Notes: generated from the sequence alone by a model not told the origin. Positions 35,796-50,074 are shown, counted from the first letter of the whole stretch. The stretch is DNA of 58,178 nt, filler included, from Jimgerdemannia flammicorona (GCA_003990765.1; 3 parts of 3 records of this genome joined end to end with filler, not necessarily neighbours in it), one strand, 5' to 3'. Numbers and translations: made by a program.

Positions 35796-37929
35796 AGAGA
35801 TAACTCAAATATCAGAGTATATCTTGATAGTCTGCTCTAGAGTAGAAGGTTATTAGTAGAGTCTAGAGGAGTATTAGGGCTCTAGATATAAGAGGTCTGA
35901 GGATTCTGTCAGTATAGTAATCTAGAGATAGTTAGTGGGAGAGATTGATAATATTTGGGGTAGCATTAGTCAGATTTTGAGAGTATGAGTCTTGATAATA
36001 TTATACTAATAGTAGATCTTTGAGAGTATTCATTAGATAGAAATTAGAGAGTTAATAGAGGGATAGCAATAGTTTTTTTGAGAGGTAGTACAAGAGTAGT
36101 AGTATCAGAGAAAGCAGTAAGAGATTGGGGCTATAAAGAAGATATAAGATATTATTTTGAAGAGCCAGGGTTATTTAGTATTGAGTAATAAAGGAATATA
36201 GTAAAAAGTCAATATTGATTAATTGTCTTTTTGGAACAGTCAGTTGACCTTTCCTTAAATAGAATTTTTGCTAATAGTCAGTGGATCTATAGATTATATA
36301 TTGTTTATAGATTTTATTTTAGGGTAATAAAGAAGTCTGAGTGATTATAAAATAATAATAATAATAATAATAATAATATAATATTTACTATAGATAATAA
36401 TAATAAAAGCATAACTGAAAAACTAAAGTCTATAAATATATATATAGTATAGTAGATATAGAGTATATTCTAAGATACCATTACTATTTAGCTAAATATA
36501 TTAGACTAATATATACTATCTATCTTTATTATAACTAGACTGCTTGACTATATTACAAATAGTATATAATATATAGTCAATATATTAACTATATATAATA
36601 TATAGTCTGCAGACAGTATATCAGTAAAAATATATATAATAGTATCTAAATTACTCTATAGTAATTGTAAAAGAGTTTGGAGTAAGCATATATATATAAT
36701 AAATATATAATTATTTAAATCTATTATTTAGTATTTTTATCTTTTATATAAAATTATATATCAAAAGAATAGACAATACTTTTTAACTATATTATATATA
36801 TAGTTATAGAATAAAATTTATAATCTGTATTATTTATTTTTAATAATAATTATACTTTATATAAGTATACTGTAATATTTTTAGCTTCTCTTTACTATTA
36901 CTGTAATATTATATGCTATTTCTCTATATTTGTTCTTTATATCTATATCTATATTTAATTTATTTATATATAAGAAGTAGAACAGTTATATCTATTATCC
37001 ATTTTTCAATTTTACAACTTAATGAACAAAGTGAAAATAAGCTATTTCCCATACTGCATAATGAAGTAATATCTTACCAAAAAGAGTTGATAGTAGTATC
37101 AAACTTATAGATAAGTATTCTGATAAGATCAGTATCTATATAATATAGCAAGATATAATATATAATATTCTCTATCTATAACTTTTATATTTATACTAAT
37201 TTAGCTATTTTTCAGCAAAGCTTATATAGTATCAATATGACCACTCTTATAAGTATAGTATAAAGTACTCTGATAGTTACTTATAGATATATTAGTATAT
37301 AGTAATAATATAACCTTATAGTAATTATAGTAGACTACAATTTATAGTAGAGTTATAGTAGCTATAAAGTTACTGGTCTCTGAGCTAATACTATAGTTAT
37401 AAAGCATATATACAGTATTATAGCAACCATACTTAGTATTATATATATATAATACTAATATAGTACTATATCTAATAGTATCAATATCAGTACTAAGTTT
37501 ATATATAAGAATGATAATAATATAGATATTGTTCTTAAATATAGCTATATATAGTGAACTATAAGGTGTGATACTATTAGTTGATATATCAATTGTATAG
37601 TAGTCATTGATAGTTCTTTTAGTACCAAATTTTTGCTCTTTTAACTATTTTCTTAGAGTAGTATATTGCCCATCTTCATATAGTATGAGTGACACCCACA
37701 GTATAGCTATAGCTAATGAAGCTACTGGCAAGAGGGTTTTAAATGGTGTCCTATAGTGTCTAATACATTTGGGTGGTTGTTGGCAATGTTCTGGTAGAAG
37801 AAGTGGAGACATAGATATATCTATCAGAGAGGTTCTTTCTATTGTCTAATACAGAAGAGATGAGATATTTATAGATAAATCCTCTAAGTATGTATGTGTG
37901 GAGACTGATTTCTATTAATTCAGTTTAAA

Positions 37930-38755
37930 TCATGAGTGGGTGCGAACTCATCTGGTCCAGCAACCACAATCTCTCTTTCTATAATAATATAGTATATAGG
38001 AGCAAACGCTGAATAAATCGAATGTCGTCACAGCCAATGAAATTGCGTTGCCTGTATCCCAAGGATACAGCCTCGGTGTGAGGGCACGTGCTCTGAAATT
38101 GACGCTTTCCAAGCCTATGCAACCGGGCCTGTAGGAGGGAAACCCCTCAAGTATTTACTAGTCGATAGGCAAGGATGTAGTATAAATAGTGGACCCCCGG
38201 CTTGAAATTCAGCCCCTTTTCAAGCCTCCCCAGTGGCCCCGCAATGCTTTTCTTAGTCCATATAGATATTCCGTGCATATCCCATGATCAATTTTTGTGG
38301 AACTGTCACACCAGACACGAACCTTACCGCAAGCCACACAACATACTTGTATCGCTTGTTGCTATGTAACTATCTGTTGTACAAGCCAGTTGATCGCTTG
38401 TTGCTATACACCCCTGCTTGTTGCTATGTGACCATCAGCTCCGCACCTTCGCACCAGGTTCCAAAGTCGAAAGTAGGTCAAAATGAATACTGGGCACATC
38501 ACCCGATATCAAATTTCAAAGTTCCCAAATTCATATATAAAGGCTTGCTCAGAGTTATCGATTTCCAATCATCCAAGTTATTCCATCATGGATATTTACT
38601 GCCTGAACACGACTCCGCACCCCGCACAGATCTCTTTGAAACTTCCTGATGGGACCGAGATTTGGAATGGTAACTTTGTTAACCTTATTCTAATGTCTAA
38701 CATATACCAGAAACTATATTTAAGCGTCTAACATTACCATGCTTGTGCTCTTGCT
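37930..38755 (+). other. CpG-retaining promoter/LTR-like segment at the contig end
   Basis: CCAAT (38034), TATAAATAG (38181) and three GCTTGTTGCTAT repeats (38354, 38396, 38416); no recognisable protein. Confidence 0.3.
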
Positions 38756-38855
38756 NNNNNNNNNNNNNNNNNNNNNNNNNNNNNNNNNNNNNNNNNNNNT
38801 TAATTAATTAANNNNNNNNNNNNNNNNNNNNNNNNNNNNNNNNNNNNNNNNNNNN
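38756..38855. other. Artificial scaffold gap/linker
   Basis: 44 N + TTAATTAATTAA + 44 N. Confidence 0.97.
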
Positions 38856-41778
38856 TTGTGGTTCCTAGCAATGAGTAGAATTTCTCCAGTATAGTCTGAA
38901 TCAATGACTCCTCCTTCGATTGTGATTTCCCTTCTAGCCAGGCTGCTTCTTGTCTTAAGAATCCCGACATGATCCTTTGGGATGGTCATCTCCAGTCCAG
39001 TTGCGAGTAGGGTGGTTGTCTGGGGTTCCAGTACAGTTTCTTCTACTGTAGCGATGTCCATTCCAGCTGCGTTTTCTAACTTATATTCTGGCAAGACTGC
39101 GTCAGAGTGGATCTTTCAAATCTTGACCTTGATTTCTTCTTCATCATCACTGTCCTCCAGCAGGGCTGGTGGTTCATCATCTTCCTCCTTCTCTTCTTCT
39201 CTGATCTGTTTTTCGAGAGCTTTCTGGTTTCTTTCCTGGTAGATCTTCCTGATTCCGATGGTGTACTGGTAGCAATCGTTAACATGTTCCATACAGTACA
39301 TCTTGATTCCATGAGGACAGACTCCTTGTGGGGCATAGCCTTCTGCAATCTTCTTGCACCATTCTTTTTCACTCATCCATCTGACTTTCTTCTTCTTTGG
39401 AGTAGTCACCATATAAGCTTCCTCTTGCTCACTCTCTTCTTCTTCCATATCAGGTAGGACTCCTTTATTGACATTGATGGGAATTCGTATCTTCTGTCCC
39501 TGGTAGGTGATTTGCATCTTCTGGGCATTGAGATCGATTACTGCCTTGGCTTTGTGAAGCCATTGATTACCGATGAGGATGTCATAGTTGGTGGCATTGG
39601 TTATGATTACATCTACTGGGATTATTGCTCCTCCGATCTTGATGGGAACATCTCGGATCTTTCCCAGAGGTGTGGCTCTTGTGCCATCGGCTGTGACAAA
39701 TACTAGCTTGGTTGCTTCTTCCACATCCCAACCTAGGCAGTCTGCTGCCTTCTTACTGAGGAGACATCCTCCTGCTCCTGTATCAATGATGGCTTCAAAG
39801 ACTTGATCCTCAATTTGATATGTTGCATAAGCAGAGGTTTTGCAATTGTCCTCACTTTCTTCTCCTGAGTCCTCTTGAACATTATTGGCCTCAGTTATCT
39901 TTCATCCTTATTCCTTGGTTGTTTTGGCAAGTCCAAACCTCATTTGCTGTCTGAATGTTGGGATTTCTGCGAGCTGACCAAAGGTTGCATTGACCTTTTG
40001 TTGACTGAGATCCTTGAAGATATCATACTTGAAGGTCTTAGTCTTGCGAAGCTTCTTTTCTTTTTCTCCTTCACTGGCTGGAGTGGTTCCTCGGATGATA
40101 TCTTGAACTGCTTGCTCCAGCTCGATATCCTGATCCATATCTTTGGCTTGACTTTCTGTGGCAGTTTCCATCTGCTTTTCCACTGGGTTCTTTTTGGGTC
40201 TTCCTGGCAGTCTCTTGTAGGGTTCTTTGTGAACATCCTTCTTGGTGGTCTGAGCAGGATAGGCCTCCTATTCTTCTTTATCAGAATCTCCGATCTCCTC
40301 GAAGGTAATTATATTGGCCTGCTCCTCATTTTATGTGGCATTGCTTGGTTGAGCCTTGCACTTGGTTTCGCTCATGCATTCATAGGAGTAGTGGCCTTCT
40401 TCTCCGCAAGTATAGCAGGTGCCTTTCTTCTTGTCTGAGGTGGCGGTGAACTTCTGGACAGGGCGGCGGTCTCTTCCTCGAATCTCCTTTACCACATCTC
40501 CCAGGTGGGTGGTCATTTCAGCAAACCTTTTAGCAAGTTCCTCTATAGGGTCGCTGTTCTTTTGCTGCTCAGTAGCTTTTGGCTAAGGTGTGTTTCGATT
40601 GATCATTATGGTAGGGATCACACTGGTTGCCTTGGGTACCTCGATTCTGACTCCTGTAACTCTCTCCATTGTATGGTCTTGTGGGTGTCTGGCTATCCAG
40701 TATTACTGAGCATAGGTGACCCTTTGTGGCAGATCCAGAATCACTGGTGATGAGCGGATGGCCATGGCTATTTCTGGATGGACTCCTTTCATGAAGGTTG
40801 CTTCGGCTACTTGATCTCGGGTAGCAGCAGCATAATCTGCAAGGATTATCTGATATCGAATTCTGGTATAGAATGTGTTTGGATCCTCACTCATTCCTTG
40901 GCACGTTGTATTGAGCTGATCCTTCAGGGCTTGCTTGATCTCATCTGTGTAATATGTGTTTCGGAGCCAGGTCTTCTATGCCGTCAGTATGGTATCGGCA
41001 TCGTTTCCTGTATGGGTTGTGGCTGTGAATGCTGCTCTGGCAGGGCCTCGTAGGCTGAAGGGCATGAGGGCTACTTGCTGTGCTGCTGTCAGAGTCCTTA
41101 TGGCAGCATATTGCTCGAAATTGTCAATGAAGGTGATGATTGATTCATCTGAGGTATATCCATGGAATACTGGTGGTCTCATATCCATCTTGTCTGGGTA
41201 TTGGGGCTCGGTTTGTATAGTTGTTCGGGTAGTAGCAGTTGTTCGTTGTTCAGCTTGAAAGTGAGGGATTCATCTTGAATCACTAGCCAATGGGCACCAA
41301 GTTGTAATGTAGCGGACACTTACTCTTGAAAGTACGTCGGATTTCTGTATCTTGAAAACTTGACTGTTCTGACTCTCGCAGAGTCTCTTGAAGTAGCAGG
41401 GGAGGGTGGGTGAGTTCGAAGTGTATCTGCCCACAGGCTTACTAGTTCCTTTGCTATCTCTTTACTTTGAACTATTTCGATCTGAGGTTTATTCACTCAA
41501 AGATACTGGGTTATTTATATAAGTTTGCTAGCTATGAGAGAGTGGCTAAGTAATAAATGAGTCATTTGGACTTTGTCGAAACATTTGGACAATGTCTAAG
41601 TGCTATACTAAATTGGGGTATCCGATTTGGATAATGTCTAAAATTTAGACAATGTCTAAGGATTTAGACAATGTCAAAATCGAGGACTGCTAACTATAAT
41701 GCTATACTACTTTGGGAATGGGTGCGATCAAGTGTCTATTCTCTATTTCCTTCTTCCAAATCTGGCTGTACCATCACA
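38856..41778 (-). mobile_element. Gypsy-like LTR retrotransposon element 2 (5' part; cut by the gap)
   Basis: LTR 41303-41778; PBS TGGTGCCCATTGGCTAG next to the LTR; gag MDMRPPVFHG; knuckle CYTCGEEGHYSYEC; protease AIIDTGAGG...DILIGNQWL; dUTPase AAGMDI, RSSL, GVIDSDYTG. Confidence 0.9.
41303..41778 (-). repeat. 5' LTR of element 2 (476 bp)
   Basis: TG...CA ends, adjacent PBS, an abrupt switch to AT-rich flank, and internal ATTT(G/A)GACAATGTC-like repeats. No partner LTR is in the window. Confidence 0.7.
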
Positions 41779-43228
41779 ATATATTTATATAAATATATAA
41801 TCAAATATATAGTATATTCAAATACTCATATTAACTAATCAATCTTTAATAATTTACAATATTAATAATACTTCAAGTTAAATATCTTTAATAGTCTCAT
41901 ATACTCTTATAATCTTTGTTCTGAAATCTAGTAATATTATACTAAAATTGATAGTAAGATTATATATTTATAGTTACTATAGGTAAAAAAATATATTTGT
42001 AATATAACTAATATATTGTATAATATATATATATAATATTAATATTACTAAACTTAGCTAATCTCATATATTTATTATATAGCCAGAAATATAAAATATA
42101 TAATAGTTCAACTTTAAATATATACTAATATATAAGAGAAAGATACTCAGACAAAATTAAAAAGAATATAGAAATAAATAAAATCAACCTCTAAGCTATA
42201 ATGAGTATAATTATTACTCAAAATATAATTACCCAACTCTCTCAAAACTATTTAGCTATATATTTCAGTAAAGTTTCAAAATCAGTTTATTTGCTAGATT
42301 ATATATATATATAGACCAACCATTTGCAACTATTAAGAATAATTAATTATATAGTATCTTTGGTCTTCTTAAGTATGATTTATATTTACCAAGTACTGAT
42401 ATTATTTGTAATAATATCTTAGAGATCTATAGGAAGGAGTATAGAAATCTCTACTAGAAACTTCAGGTAAAATAAGAGTAATACTATGATATTGTGATTT
42501 TCTCTCTCTCAAAAAAAAAGCTTAACAATTTAATCTCATATCAAATAAATAGAATTTAGTAGGCAGAATTTTATTTATAATTAATATATAAATATCTTTT
42601 AATACTATTTTATTTCTAGGCATTACTGATTATTAAATTAACATCAATTAGTAGCTTTAATCTCTTACTCTTGACTTTATCAAGCTTGAGAGTTCTTATT
42701 TAGGAGAAAATATTATAGATACTTTTATCAAATATATCTATAAGCTTGAGATTACAACTAAAATAAAAGGAGAGAGGACTTACTATTTTCTAATTAGGGA
42801 GAACTAAATAAAAGACTTTTTTTTTAATAGTTTATTATTTTACATATAACTATCTTCTTATAAAATTATCTTCTGAAATAGATTTCAGCCATTATAATAA
42901 GTAATGCTATAAATAATATAATATTTTTCTACATTTTAGCAGCCAACCTTCAATAGAAAAATATATCCTTTAATATAAAAAATTGCCATGTATATTGTCA
43001 GGCCTACATATATACTAAACTTTACTATATAAGATTATCTCATATATAGTGACAAGATCAAAGATAAGTCTTTTGAATCTGCAAGAGAGTTTTGTTTGTT
43101 TATTTGTTTTAAAGGTAAGAGTGGGGGAATTTGATAAAAAATATAGAAACATAGAGGTAAGTCTTGATCCTCATACCAGCCAGCTTAAAAAGAATAAATA
43201 ATCTCTGTTAAAATAAATAAATAAACAA

Positions 43229-43297
<69 letters not shown>
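41779..43297 (+). mobile_element. Decayed AT-rich relic ending in a polyA tail (probable non-LTR element 3' end)
   Basis: (AAAT)n followed by a 68-A run at 43230-43297 that sharply ends the AT-rich block. Confidence 0.45.
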
Positions 43298-43298
<1 letters not shown>

Positions 43299-43329
43299 AT
43301 GAATATGAAACCCACTCTATCATCACGAC

Positions 43330-43920
43330 ATCTCTCTCTAATTTGAGTTACTCGATATGTGATCGATGCAGAGGTTAAGCACTGAATTCCTGTCCAAGTA
43401 GTTATCATAGTCAACCTTCAAGTTCATTGCATTCTTGCTTTTCACTGACAATATGTTGCTGTACGTGGTGTTGGCAAATTGCTGTGGACAAGGAGGAGGT
43501 CGATGGGTGGGATATATTGGTGAATTCAAATTATTGAAGGAATGACAAACATATGTGAGGGGGAAGGGGGATTTGCATAAAAGTTGAACGATGAAGAACG
43601 ATGGGGATATAACAGAACAACCCAAAATAAAAAAAGCTAACCTGATGAGTGGGTAGAGATTTTTATAGTCGAATAGACGCATAGGATCTGAACCTTGATC
43701 CTGCTGCTACTGCTGTTGTGGTGCCGACGAGCCCTTCTGTTGGCGTAGGTTCAGCTGGGCAGCCATGTCTGCTTATTGTGGGGACGCGGGGGTCTGTATA
43801 TCTCATGAGCCACAGCTCGTCAACCCACCCATCTCTCACACCAGCATTCTCTTTTCCTCCTCGCTGTTATTACCCCACATCTTATACCAACCTCATTTGC
43901 CGTCAGTGTAATGAGTCGTA
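43330..43920 (-). pseudogene. Possible degenerate multi-exon gene fragment
   Basis: Exon-like pieces (MAAQLNLRQQKGSSAPQQQ*QQDQ; QFANTTYSNILSVKSKNAMNLKVDYDNYLDR) with internal stops; family not recognised. Confidence 0.2.
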
Positions 43921-44985
43921 GAACCTGATGAAAGTTGTTCAAAGTAGATCAGGGTGAGGCCAGTGTAGGGGAGGTCAGCGATACACATAGGTAAACGATT
44001 TCCAAGGACCCCTTGCACGATTAGGACATGTCAACTCCAAAACACGTATATAATTACCTTACAGGACACTGGCAACTTCTAACAAGCCACGCCCTTACCA
44101 ACTTCCATACTCCCTCAAACCTCTACTGCCTCCACTCTTCCTGTACCCGAACTTTCACCACCAAAACACTCTACGTACTCTACATTTTATATATACGTAT
44201 CTTCGAGACTTTGGCGTAGGGCTAATGCCCTTACATAGCCATGGTATTAGTCAGAACGATGGGAAAAGGGGCCGTATAAATAGTGGATATTTATTGATAA
44301 AGCTCAGATTTGAAATATTTGGAATTCAGGAAACGAACGTGCTATCAAGGAATCCGTGTACTTTTCAGGCGTGTTAAGAAATTTACCATGTAATTAATTA
44401 GTGTATGTAGCGTAATTATGTCATTCAGGCACAAAAGACTCGCTATTGTAAGTATATATCTGCTATGCTTCTATTGTTCTTGAGCATACACATAGCCATT
44501 TGAATTCTTTGGAATGGCTCACGTTCCATTCAACCGTTTAAATCTTGCTTATTTTATTCTTCCCTGTCCAGCCTCGACAATGTCTGCCTGAGATTAGGGG
44601 AACGTTGCTTGGGTTGGTATAGTTGAAATGGTGATGGATTTAATGTTGACTTTAACCTCTATTTCTGTTTTGCAGTTCGGCTGTAACGCCCACAAGCGGA
44701 CCGGTGCTGACACTGAGATGCAATGTACAGGGTCTTCCCTCCCCTTCTTCCTCTTCCTGTTATATCTATCTAAACCCCTATTTCCTTCATTGTTCCAGAC
44801 ACCTTTCACATCTATCAGATCTTTGTCTTCTACTCAAGCTAGATGCCTTTTTCGAGTTTGTCTTCGCCCTCTTGTCATGGTTGAGACTATCCTTAGTGTT
44901 TTTGTGACGACAACGTTTATTTTTATGTCAAAGTATGATGGCGTCATCAATCGAGTGACACAAGCCCAGCTCTTCTGTCAGCGAC

Positions 44986-46861
44986 ATGCACTCCCCTAAG
45001 CGAAAGTACGCGCGACCAACCGTGCACCTTCGCCGTCCCTACTTGGTGTATGGTTTCGTCGCACTCATATTCGTTCTTATTTTAATCGCCATCCGCCCGG
45101 GACCCGATGGCAGCTCGTGGACCAGCCGGCCACCGCCCTTCCGGTATGACATTGGCGGATGGAAGGTGCCCGAGAGCGAGCAATGGCCAGATACGGAGCA
45201 TGTGTGCAAGCTGATCGACTTCTCCATCTTGTGAGTATTGTATGGGTGCGTTGTTTACGGTGGAGTTTGGGTTTGCGATTGCGATTAATCGATATTGATA
45301 CTGTGCTCTCATATTACAGTCATGCCAATCGAACCGTTGGGTATATTGTGGTGGACGGAAAGGTGTCGCTGGCTGATGCCCGTATCGGGCTTCCTGGACT
45401 CGCTTGTGTCATTATCTTGGTAAGCGTTCTAACTTGTATTATATCCTGGCCTAAGTGTGATAAAGCAACAAAAAAGAATTGTATGACAACAAACCGGAAT
45501 GAAATCAAGAAAACGAGATTCAAAACATCGATACAAAACCACATCCACCCGCAGCTCTCCGCCTCGAAACCCGACCCCAGCACCCACGCCTACCAACCCG
45601 TCCGCGACCACGCCCCCGACAGCCTCCTAGTCGTGGCTGTATCCGAAAACGTCCGCCACGTCATCGACGTCCATCCGGTCCGCAACCACCCGAATCTCTA
45701 CGCCGCACCCGCGGTCTTCCTCCACGCTGGCCGATACCACCTCGAGATTGACGTTGAGTACCGCAACTACGCCTGGAACTCCGAACCCGACGCACCGTTC
45801 CCCGCCTACGCCCCCATCTCCACTACTTCGGCAAACTCCATCGACGTCGTCGCGTCCACGCCGGCGTCCATCGCGTTGCTCGAGAAGAGGTTATGTGGCC
45901 CCGGGTCGGATTTTAGAGGGAGGTGGTTGAAGCTGGGGTTCTTTAGGAAGCTGTATCCGTTTGATTATTGGGGGGTCGAGGATACTCATGTCGACGATAA
46001 AGGGTATGTGTTTGTGCCGGATCGGTGTAGGATCGAGTACTTTAGCCTCAGTCAGGGAAACGAATGTCTTAAGGATATGGTGGTGCATGTTTATGGGGAT
46101 TCTAACACGATGAGGTGAGTATTGCTGTTCTACACTTGTTTATCTCGTGTAATCCCCCCATATCCCGCTCAACCATCTCGCCACATCTCCCACCTCCATC
46201 CCCGATTAGATCCCTCAAGGTTATCTCCACGGCTAACGAATGGTGCGCGGAGGGCGCCTGCGACTGTGAAGACCGTGACGGGGACGACCGCTCCGACACG
46301 CTCTTTCCGTGGGCAGCCAACCAGGACATCCCCCTTCAGTTCAACTCCTCGCGCAACGCCAATACCACCGTCTACTTCCATTTCATCGAGGGCCTAGTCC
46401 GCACATCCATATCCACATCCACCCCTTGGGCCAATCTCCTCAAGTCCAGCTCGCCCCGCGCCCGCACACTCCCAAAGGCAGACCTCGTCCTCGTTACACT
46501 CGGGAACTGGGACTCGGCGTTTACGCCACTGGAAGACTTCAAACGAGCGTTGAGCGATTTCACCCGCACTCTCAGGAGGCTGTACCCAAAGCAGAGGATT
46601 GTGTTCCAGACACCACAGCCGTTCTGTTGTACCATCATGAATGAGAAGCATTGGACGCGCGAAAGGGTGCAGATGTTCCATGATGCAAGCGTGAAGAAGA
46701 TGAGGGAGATTGGGGCTGTCGTTTGGGATGTGAGCGTGCTCGGGGGGAGGAAGGATATCGTCAAGCGGGACGATTGCGAGAACAGGAACAATTATGCAAG
46801 GATTAAGATGATGAGAATACAGAATCAAATCTTGTGGAATGTCATGTGTCGGAAGGCGTGA
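44986..46861 (+). CDS. Type II membrane SGNH/PC-esterase-domain protein (NXPE-like)
   Basis: Signal anchor YLVYGFVALIFVLILIAI; beta-rich segment (GRYHLEIDVEY); Cys linker LCGPGSDFRGRW...FVPDRC; VHVYGDSNTMR; DLVLVTLGNWD. GT-AG introns; the exon 2 limits are uncertain. Confidence 0.7.
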
Positions 46862-47186
46862 GATGGGAAAAACGATGTGCAGGGATCTAATTATGTAGAC
46901 GAGTTAGCTTTGATTGATTCGTTCTTCGTGTAAGAAAAAGAAGAAAAAAAGAGATGGCATTATCGTCATAGAGAAAAGATTTATTGGTTCCTGTCTAGAT
47001 ATCCAGATCTCTAACAACATCAGACCAATGCAAGGAGGTTATTGTCTATGACTGTTGAATTTAGATGCGACCAAAAAAAATTTGTCGTGATTATCTCCAA
47101 TCTCTTAAAGGCCGTCGCGTCCCCCTTTCTCTTCATTCTCTTCATTCTCCCTTCCTCCCCTATCCCCTACTCCCATTCAACCCACC

Positions 47187-49208
47187 ATGACCTCGCAAAA
47201 GCTTTGGGGTGGTCGCTTCACCGGCGCCAATGATCCGCTCATGGATGCTATCAACGTGTCTATCCACTTCGACCGCCGCTTGTATGGAGCTGACATCCTC
47301 GGCTCCATCGCCTACTCCAAGGCCCTCGCCAAAAATCACATCATTTCCCCTTCCGAACGCGACTCTCTCGTCACAGGACTGCAGCAGGTTCTGCAGGAGT
47401 GGGATGACAATAAGTTTGTTCTCCAGCCCGCTGACGAGGATATTCATACTGCTAACGAGCGGAGGTTAGGTGAGATCGTCGGGTCCGTCGCGGGGAAGCT
47501 GCATACGGGGAGAAGCAGAAACGACCAGGTCGCTACAGATATGAGGATTTGGGTTAGGGAGGAGGCATCAAAGCTGTTGGCAAATTTGAAGGAGCTCATC
47601 GCTGTCGCTGTGAATAGGGCTGAAAGGGAGATCGACGTGCTCATGCCGGGGTATACACACATGCAGGTATGCCGACAAAAATGCGTGCACAAAACCAAAA
47701 TTTGACAAACCTTAATGCCCTAACCATCAATAACTCCCTACTTTCTCTCTCTCAGCGCGCCCAACCCATCCGCTGGTCGCACCTGGTCCTCTCCTACGCC
47801 TGGTTCTGGCAAAACGATGCCGACCGTCTCGCGCAATACATTCACCGCATGAATGTCCTCCCCCTGGGCTCAGGCGCCCTGGCGGGTAACCCCTTTGATA
47901 TCGACCGCGATTTCCTCGCTACCGAGCTCGGGTTCCGCGGCGTCGTACCCAATTCCCTCCTTGGTGTCAGTGACCGCGACTTTGTTGCGGAATTCCTCTT
48001 CTGGGCTAGCCTCGTCATGATTCACGTGTCTAGGTTCGCGGAGGATATGATCATCTATTCTACGAGCGAGTTCGGGTTCGTCCAGCTGGCGGACACGTAT
48101 AGGTACGTTTGGGATGAGGTGGCTGGGGGTGGGTGTGGGGAGTTGGGGAAACGACGGATGCAAGTATTGTTTCTTATTAGGAGGAGTTTGAGAGACACCA
48201 ACGACTCGATTGCCATTGTAACGCTTCCCCGACCTCCTGCCGACCAATCATACCTTTCTAATCCACCCCCCCCCAGTACCGGAAGTAGCCTGATGCCCCA
48301 GAAGAAGAATCCGGACAGCCTCGAGCTCCTCCGCGGCAAATCCGGCCGTGTCTTTGGCCAAGTACGTCCCTCGATCCCGACGTATTCGACATCCATTTAC
48401 AACCCTAACCCGTTCTCAAATTCCCACAGATGTCTGGCTTCATGATGACGTACAAGGGCACTCCCAGCACCTATAACAAGGACCTGCAGGAGGACAAGGA
48501 GCCTGTCTTCGACGCCGTCGACACCCTATCGGTGTCATTGCAGATCACCGCAGGCGTGTTGTCCACGCTCACGGTATGCATTGGAGCTTTTTTTTGGGTG
48601 ACCGTGAGAGTTTGGGTGGCAGTTAGTGGGGCGTGGTTGGTTTGTTGGCGAGGGTGAAAATCCGAAGGGTTTCTGATGCAATTCATCTTGATTGCGCGAA
48701 TACAGATACGACCTGATAAGATGCGCGCTGGCCTTAGCCACGATATGCTGGCGACGGATCTTGCAGAGTATTTGGTGCGCAAAGGCGTGAGTATTATTTT
48801 TTCTTTTTTAAAAAAAAACAAGTAGTGTTCCATTGTGGTTATACGTTCATCTATTGTTGTACCCCCGACACCTTCATGCTCATTCGCGGAAGAGTGCATT
48901 ATTTTATGACATCCATACAATCCGCCGACTCATCTCAACCTCTCAACCCGCAGGTCCCCTTCCGCGAGACTCATCACATTGCTGGCGCGGCGGTCAAGCT
49001 CGCCGAGGAGCGCGGCACGTCGATGGCACATCTCAACCTCTCCGACTTCCAGGACCTGCATCCTGCTTTCGTGGACGACGTGACTGAGGTATGGGACTTT
49101 GAGCGCAGCGTCGAGCAGCGGTCCACGCAGGGCGGGACCAGCGAGAAGAGCGTCCGCGACCAGATCGAGAAGCTCAGGGAGTGGTTGAAGCAGGGGACGA
49201 AGCATTAG
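47187..49208 (+). CDS. ARG4: Argininosuccinate lyase, 6 exons
   Basis: [34 protein letters not shown], signature [24 protein letters not shown]. Exons 47187-47666, 47756-48102, 48277-48361, 48430-48573, 48706-48786, 48954-49208. Confidence 0.97.
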
Positions 49209-50043
49209 GTGGGATGGTTGTTTTGGAGGCTGGGGGTTTCTAGAGTGTGCTCACATGGCGAAAACTTTCCTTTGTGTCAAACAATGTTTTATGTCTCGCA
49301 TGAGCTTGGTTTGTGTAGGATGATTGTGGCTGGGAAAGGGATAATATGCGACTGCGCGAGTATCAATTATAGCACGGATTGATATGACCAAAGAACAAAT
49401 ATCGTTTAGGAAAACACTCCGATAACGCGTGTTTACATCATGATGGCCTTTTATTTGTTCAAATAAAGGCAACAGTCAAAATCGCAACTCTGTAGACGAC
49501 TTCGTCCCCAGCATCCCTGATATGTAATGTACCACTTACAATCAGACACTTATTTTTGGGTTGAAATGAAACCTTCGATGATCAGCGTGAGAAGTGTAAC
49601 ACGACTGAAGCATTGACGACTCGTTTATATACGGCCTTTGTTGGATAATCAATGCCGAAACCTTGGTTTATTTCGTTCAATAATATCAATGCAATGACAG
49701 ATGACACAAGGATCTACCCCACACGTCTGTCCAGACAGCCCTACTGAATGCATATACGAGTTTTAGTTCCTATTCTGTAGAACGTGGTTTCGCGCAAAAC
49801 CTGATCCCAAAGAATATATGAAGCATACCCGGGAACTCCGCCAACACTGCAGTTCCTGCGGGGGTTCATCTTTTGAAGCGACAAATTTTGATACCCAATC
49901 TATGGACGGCAAGACATATCTTTCCAGAACGTCAAATCTAATTAGTCGTATATACAAGCATTGTCGTAATAACAGCACTTCAAGGTGGAGGTCGGTGTTT
50001 AAACATTGTTTCCGTAAATGTGTGATTGCCCGATCCCAAATTG

Positions 50044-50074
<31 letters not shown>

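Noticed and set aside
43920..43990. CTGATGA suggesting a hammerhead ribozyme
   Set aside because: No stem II followed by GAAA could be built.
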